Assembly: GCA_964016885.1 (NCBI GenBank)
Contig: OZ024743.1
Coordinates: 376,340,001 to 376,404,000 of the forward strand
DNA length: 64,000 bases
Source of the DNA: Eledone cirrhosa
Taxonomy: Eukaryota
Direction: 5' to 3'
Below the pieces are notes generated by a model. That model did no database searches, had not been told where the DNA came from, and worked only from the letters and a program-made list of their open reading frames with translations. A program made the translations under genes and the position numbers. Positions 56,917-64,000 of the stretch are shown piece by piece (positions within the stretch are counted from its first letter, which is position 1; each line of letters opens with the position of its first letter).

Positions 56917-56949
56917 ATATGTATGTATATGTATATGTATATATATACA

Positions 56950-56990
<41 letters not shown>

Positions 56991-57283
56991 TGTTTCATTT
57001 ATCTCACTGGCACTTAGAAAAAGACAAAAACATTACAATATACAATATATATTTCTTGCTGAGATAACATTTTCACTGATGGATTGGATGTTTTACAAGG
57101 GCACGCAAAAACAAAAATCATTAAAAAAATTGAAGGCAATCCACGTGGGAATTGAAAGAATTCGATAAATGGTTGGAAGTTGTTAAGAACAAATTATTAA
57201 CTTTAAATATTGTGGAAGTTTTCTTTTACTTTATATAGTTATTTTTGCTCCAGCTTTTGTATATATATATATATAAATACATT

Positions 57284-57330
<47 letters not shown>

Positions 57331-57334
57331 CATT

Positions 57335-57488
<154 letters not shown>

Positions 57489-57655
57489 ATTTACACACGC
57501 ACATATACACATTAAATGCTTTTAAGATATTTTTTGTAAATGATATACTTGGGAAGATCTTTAATAATATCAGTATAAAGCAAATATATATACGCTGGCG
57601 GTGTTTTAGCATAACTGCAGTCTAATAAGGGGAACTAGAGAAAGGAAATGGGTGA

Positions 57656-57862
57656 GCAGGCACGACTGTGTGTTACAGAAGTTCGCTTCTCAAATGCGTG
57701 GTTTCTCGGCGGTTTTTCATTTTTCTGATACCACAAAATAAAATACCAGTCAAATACTGAGGTAGATCCATTGTACAACAACTGGGGAAAAAGTGTCTTG
57801 CTACTCTAGCGCAGGATGACCAAAGTCTTTCTTGTTAAATGTTGTAAATAGAAATTGTGGAA
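57656..57862 (+). mobile_element. Degenerate tRNA-derived SINE
   Basis: gcaggcacgactgtgtg..aagttcgcttc head and aagtgtcttgctactctagc..gaccaaag body; recognised by pattern only. Confidence 0.4.
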
Positions 57863-58108
57863 ACTGGTATTGGGATTAATATTGGTTGCCCTGTTTTGGC
57901 TTTGGTGACTTATTTCGTTTCTTGGTTTAATGACATCATCAGATTCACAGGTTTCTGAAGCAGAGTTCACGCCCTTTCCAGAATTTGGCTTTAGTTACTC
58001 GTCTCAGAATAACTTCTTTCTGCTCCCCTCGTCCGGCTTAGAGGAGCTTAAAAAGGTTCACAGGTACTGCCCCTTACTTCTCTGACCAACCTATGAAGCT
58101 TTCACCCG

Positions 58109-58142
<34 letters not shown>

Positions 58143-58197
58143 AATATATATATACATATATATATGTATATATATGTATGTATATATGTATATATAT

Positions 58198-59325
58198 ACA
58201 AATGAATATATGATAGGGATAAACACTGATACAAGTATACATGTGTTCGCATGATTGAAAAATACTAATTAAAATACATGTGTTCGCATGATTGAAAAAT
58301 ACTAATTAAAATAATACGGTTTGCCTGTCTCGATTTAAAATAATAAATCAATAAAAACAAACCTATATTGGCAATAGCCCTGATACCTGGACAAATTTAA
58401 AATTTAAAATTTAAAATTTGTTTCGCAACAATTAAGTGAAAGTTCCTATTCCTGTGCTCTTCTGCAGGTATCCAGAAATTGGTAAGTTTCACTTCAAAAT
58501 ACTTAAGAAGACTGAGAGAAATGTGTTGTTGAACGCACATGTGTCACAGCGCCTAGCACGTCACATACTCGTGCCGCTAAAAATAGCAGCCGGTTTTATG
58601 GGACTAAAAATTAGCTCAGCATATGGAGTCGAGAATTATTTTAATTAGTATTTTTCAATCTAGCTAACTTGGTCATTTGCAATGCGAACACATGTATACT
58701 TGTATCAGTGTTTATCCCTATCATATATTCATTTGTATTACACGGCTCAGAAAGATTCCTTTCTTTGAGCTATTTAATTGTAAAAGACTATTTGAGTTTA
58801 AAACTCTATATATAAGATTCTCGGCTCCATACGTTGAGCTAAGTTTTAGTCCCATAAAACCGGCTGCTATTTTTAGCGGCACGAGTATGGGACGTGCTAG
58901 GCACTGTGATACATGTGCGTTCAACAACACATTTCTCTCAGTCTTCTTAAGTATTTTGAAGTAAAACTTACCAATTTCTGGATACCTGCAGAAGAGCACA
59001 GGAATAGGAACTTTCACTTAATTGTTGCGAAACAAATTTAAAATTTAAAATTTAAAATTTAAAATGTGTCCGGGTATCACGGCTATTGCCAATATAGGTT
59101 TGTTTTTATTGATTTATTATTTTAAATCGAGACAGGCAAACCGTATTATTTTAATTAGTATTTTTCAATCTAGCTAACTTGGTCATTTGCAATGCGAACA
59201 CAGGTATACTTGTATCAGTGTTTATCCCTATCATATATTCATTTGTATTACACGGCTCAGAAATATTCCTTTCTTTGAGCTATTTAATTGTAAAAGACTA
59301 TTTGAGTTTATAACTCTATATATAA
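58198..59325 (+). mobile_element. Non-coding 510-bp unit in partial tandem (58636-59325) plus an inverted copy (58198-58637); retrozyme or pseudo-LTR-like
   Basis: Direct repeat offset 510 (ORFs 58677 and 59187); mirrored ORFs 58436(+) and 58721(-); TA tracts at both ends. Confidence 0.85.
58981..59078 (+). ncRNA. Type I hammerhead variant with (AAAATTT)n-expanded stem III; mirror copy at 58382-58472 (-)
   Basis: gatacctg-CAGAAGA-gcaca..tgttgc-GAAA-caaattt..-GTC-crggtatc; 8-bp stem I. Confidence 0.65.
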
Positions 59326-59414
59326 TATGTATATATAGAGTTATAATATATATAATATGTATATATATATGTATGTATATATATGATTTACACAAGTCCA
59401 GCCTCCTGTTATTT

Positions 59415-59454
<40 letters not shown>

Positions 59455-59690
59455 TTAATTAAAGACGCACGTGCTTGCCACACATATAACATTTGCACTA
59501 TATAACCGCTTATTTTCATGTTGTATTTTAACCTGTATTTTTGATTGTATCTTTTAATATGAATGTAATCTCTAAGTGTGTACTGCCACTCTAAATGCTG
59601 TAATGAATGTTGACCCACAATATTTGCATATGTATCTGTATGTCTCTTGGGTGAAAAGGAGGTCATATAAGTGTTCATTCATTAATAAAT

Positions 59691-59737
59691 TGCTCCGAAG
59701 AATCCAAACCTCGGTTTGGAGGAAACAGTTGTAAGCA
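59691..59737 (+). ncRNA. Type I hammerhead motif (U4C variant)
   Basis: tgct-CCGAAGA-a-tccaaacc-tc-ggtttgga-g-GAAA-cagtt-GTA-agca; about 40 nt upstream of (TA)n. Confidence 0.68.
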
Positions 59738-59768
59738 TAAAAATGTTTTGAACAGTTCTTTGATTCTT

Positions 59769-59822
<54 letters not shown>

Positions 59823-59948
59823 ATCTGAGTTTTTCGAATATTAATAATAATATTCGATTCGTTTGCAATTATGCAAACAAGCCTCTTTTTTAAAGCCATG
59901 TCAGTAGAATGAGCCCCTCATTCTTGCTCTTGTGTTGGCATGTAAACA

Positions 59949-59998
59949 GAACTGCAAACACTAATGTTTCTGGGTATCACCCTTCATCAGTGCAGTTC
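59949..59998 (-). ncRNA. Type I hammerhead with intact core
   Basis: gaactgca-CTGATGA-a-gggt-gat-accc-a-GAAA-cattagt-GTT-tgcagttc; stem I extends imperfectly to about 59935-60014. Confidence 0.78.
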
Positions 59999-60418
59999 AC
60001 TGTTCACCTGCCAACTGTCAGAACTAGTGAAAATATATGATATTTTCTAAAATATACAGTGACTGATCGGCCTGATTTTCATATTAGCAGACTGGCTGAT
60101 CAGTCAGATCTGCATATTGCCAGATCCACTGATCAGCCAGATTTGCATATTTGCTGATCAGATTTGCATATTATATTCAACCATGTAGAGCGAAATATTT
60201 TTTTCTTTTATATATATATATATACAGTGGGTGTGATTCAGTGAATTACTGGTGGTGGTACTATAATGATGCACAGGCAGAATGTATATCTTAAGAAATA
60301 CGATGAAGTGTCGTTTACATATCATTAGTTCTATGGGTGACTCTGAGCCAAACGCCCGTAACTGGTCGATACACAACAAAAAAAACTAACTAGATGTAAA
60401 AGAAACGTCATCGTTTTT

Positions 60419-60490
<72 letters not shown>

Positions 60491-60630
60491 GAAGTATTTC
60501 CGTCGGAAAGGTACAGGAAAAAAAGTGCTCTACAAGGCTTATTAGTTATGCAATAAACAACATAAGATAATTATTTCATTTACCAGTGGTTTCTTGAAGG
60601 CAGATGTTAATAAAAACACCATGTTATATA

Positions 60631-60691
60631 TTCATTCTGACGACTGAAGACAGACATAACATCTGCCTTCAAAAAACCACTGGTAAATGAA
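60631..60691 (+). ncRNA. Type I hammerhead overlapping a foldback (arms about 60549-60609 and 60657-60719)
   Basis: ttcatt-CTGACGA-ctgaagacaga..tctgccttcaa-aAAA-ccactg-GTA-aatgaa; the inverted arm keeps GAAA. Confidence 0.68.
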
Positions 60692-60910
60692 ATAATTATT
60701 TTTATGTTGTTTATTACATATATATATGATTTTCGTTTTTTTTTACTACGGACTACCTTTAATTTTCTGTATATATCCTTTGTGATGCTGTCTCTATTTT
60801 TTGTACTCCTGAAGAAGAGCTACAGCCTGACACCTCGAACTTTCTTTCCCCTTTTCCATATAAAGCATGAAACTAATAAGACTTTTTGTACCTCGTTTCC
60901 TTGAACTATA

Positions 60911-60961
<51 letters not shown>

Positions 60962-61122
60962 GTATGTGTGTGTGTGTGTGTGTGTCTGCCTATCTATGTA
61001 CACACACATGTATTATATATTAATTTACATTCGCGTGAAGAAAAGTACGAAATATTCGCAAAAGTTTTTCACCCGAAACCTAATATCTCATAAACCGATA
61101 AAGTGTTGTGTTGAAGCAAAAG

Positions 61123-61124
<2 letters not shown>

Positions 61125-61153
<29 letters not shown>

Positions 61154-61403
61154 TGTATGTATGTATGTATGTATGTATGTATGTATGTATGTATGTATGT
61201 ATGTATGTATGCATGTATGTATGTATGTATGTATGTATGTATGTATGTATATATGTATGTATGTGTGTGTGTATGTGTGTATGTATGTATGTGTGTATGT
61301 GTGCATGTATGTATGTATGTATGTATGTATGTATGTATGTATGTATGTATGTATGTATGTGTGTATGTGTGTATGTATGTATGTGTGTATGTGTGCATGT
61401 ATG

Positions 61404-61436
<33 letters not shown>

Positions 61437-61610
61437 GCGTATGTGTGTATGTATGTATATATGTGTGTATGTATGCATGTGTGTATGCATGAGCGCGTGT
61501 GTGTGTATGTATGTATTTATGTATGTATGTGTGTATGTGTCTATGTATGTATGTATGTATGTATGTATGTATGTATGTATGTATGAGCGTATGTATGTAT
61601 GTGTGTATGC

Positions 61611-61641
<31 letters not shown>

Positions 61642-61705
61642 TGTATGTATGTATGTATGTATGTATGTATGTATGTATGTATGTATGTATGTATGTATAT
61701 ATGTA
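61125..61705. repeat. (TATG)n microsatellite with TG variants
   Basis: Direct reading. Confidence 0.97.
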
Positions 61706-62178
61706 TCTATCTATTTATCTATCCATATATCTCTCTATATATGTATGACTTATTTGTTGTACCCAGCCATATTGCGTTGATACATACGAGTTAAATCTGG
61801 TTTTCCTAAAAATAATGCATTAGCTAATATGAAAGGAAAGCAAGCAACGAAAATATATTTATTTTATTTAGGTTGGTGGCAAAGTATTTGCCTGAATAAA
61901 AATGTATTTCTGATAACATTAAATTTGGTTTGAAAAAATGAGACATTATGGAACCAGTGGTAAAAAAAGCAGCCATGCACTATACAATCATTAGCAATGT
62001 AGGATATAATAAAGTTGTTGTAGAGTCTAGTTTTTATCTTTTACACAGAAAACAGGACAAGTACTTAAATATTTCAGCACTGGAGAGACTTTTCGCCTTT
62101 ATTTATGGCACTGTAAACAGAATGATTAACATTGTAAACCTTTAATTGTTATATTCAGCACGCTGTTGATGGTTGATG

Positions 62179-62261
<83 letters not shown>

Positions 62262-62688
62262 TATGTATGTAAGGATGTATATATGTATATGTATATATAT
62301 GTATGAATATATATATATATGTATGTATATATATTTATATATATATAAATATAAATATAAATTCAGCGAGAATCGCATTTCGGCGGGTAGAATATATATA
62401 TATATATGTATATATATGTATATATATGTAATATATATATATAATATATATATATAAGTATATATATATATATATTTATTTACCTAGTTAGATATATTAA
62501 TGTCTTTATAAACATACATGTATATATAAATGTATATATATATATATATATAACGAAGGAAATGTGGTAAGGAACCAGGTGGACCATAACGCACCAAAGT
62601 ACTCAATACTTAGGGTAGTAGAGTGGGTAATTCTGGCAGAATTAGCCGTCGAAACGGCTTGAGCTCAGCCGTCAGGGTCTTACTTGTT

Positions 62689-62748
<60 letters not shown>

Positions 62749-62991
62749 CGTGTGTGTGTGTGTGTGTGTATGTATATACATATATGTATATATATTTATA
62801 TATATTTATATATATTTATATATATTGTATACATATATATACACATACACACTTACGTACATATATGATTATATATTGTATATGTAGATATGTAAGTATA
62901 AATGTATGTATATATATACATATATATATATAAGATCCACTAAGCTGAAACAATTGTTGTCGGTATGGTGAACTAACTGTTGTGTTACTAC

Positions 62992-63063
<72 letters not shown>

Positions 63064-63252
63064 GTGTGTGTGTGTGTATGTGTGTGTCTGTGTGTGTGAG
63101 TCTCTCTATCTCTTTCTCTCTGTATTTTCTGAAATGTTTCATCACCGAATAGTTTTAGTTATCAAAGCCACTTAAAGTTATATTTAATATTTGTGACGAG
63201 ACGTTTGAGTTTTGTTTTGTTTTTATTACGGAAGTCATAGTAGTAGTAGTAG

Positions 63253-63284
<32 letters not shown>

Positions 63285-63333
63285 GCAGTAGTAGTAGTAT
63301 TAGTAGTAGTAATAGTAGTGAAATACAATAGAG

Positions 63334-63516
63334 CAGTGTTTCCCAAAATGGCTTCCGAGAAAACCCTTGTTTCCATGAAAAAAAAAAAAAATTGTTACTG
63401 ATGTGTTTTAATAAAATTTAATAAAAATGTATTACATAATTTTCTTTTCTTGTAGGAATGAAAACTCTCTAAAATAGTCTAAGGTTTCTGTGACAAAACA
63501 AATTTAGAAATCACTA
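63334..63516. mobile_element. hAT (Charlie-like) MITE
   Basis: TIR cagtgtttcccaaa versus degenerate tttagaaatcacta; candidate 8-bp TSD caaTAgag / caaTAaaa. Confidence 0.6.
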
Positions 63517-63857
63517 CAATAAAATCTATTTTACTGGCGCCACATTTGCTTTTGTGTAGTGGTGGCCACGGCAGCTCTATTTTGCCTTGTAACTGAATCT
63601 TTGCTCTTTGTTCCTTCCGGCATGGCCTAGTCTTTCTTTCTAACGCCATAATTGATTTGGATTTAACTAGACCCCAGTTATTTACCAAGTTCCCACAAAT
63701 GCAATATTTCTCTATGTTCAACCTGTTGTTGTTGTTGTTGTTCTTCTTCTTCTTCTTTTGTATTGTTCTCCTTTTTCTTTTTCTTCTTCTCCTCCTCCTT
63801 CTTTTCATCTTCTTTCGTCTTATTTGTTCTTTTTCTTCGTCACTTTGTGTGAGTGTA

Positions 63858-63864
<7 letters not shown>

Positions 63865-63906
<42 letters not shown>

Positions 63907-63927
63907 GTGTGTTTTGGGTATGTGTGT

Positions 63928-64000
<73 letters not shown>
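63865..64000. repeat. (TA)n/(TG)n microsatellite
   Basis: Direct reading. Confidence 0.97.

Noticed and set aside
57900-57950. Minus-strand CTGATGA..GAAAC..GTC string
   Set aside because: Stems I and II do not pair; likely chance
63238-63320. (TAG)n/(CTA)n mirrored tract
   Set aside because: Small inversion within a simple repeat; no further structure

Overview
AT-rich, microsatellite-dense animal genomic DNA. The SINE-like sequences and repeat content suggest a cephalopod such as octopus, but this is an inference. No intact host gene is evident and almost all listed ORFs are translated repeats. The centre (about 23.7-47.7 kb) is a ~24-kb satellite of 22/24-bp monomers built on a quasi-palindromic 21-bp core, with kb-scale higher-order duplications. 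The flanks hold fragments of RTE-, CRE-, CR1- and Tx1/L1-type LINEs, an ORF1-only (HAL1-like) Tx1 derivative, a Penelope-like GIY-YIG fragment, a deleted Helitron, MITEs and tRNA-derived SINEs, most of them bounded by (TA)n or (TATC)n tracts. The most notable signal is more than ten short non-coding insertions from unrelated families, most of them foldback (inverted-repeat) structures. They carry type I hammerhead-ribozyme motifs, some with very long stem II or expanded stem III, as expected of Penelope pseudo-LTRs or retrozyme-like elements. All folds were done by eye and need computational and biochemical confirmation.
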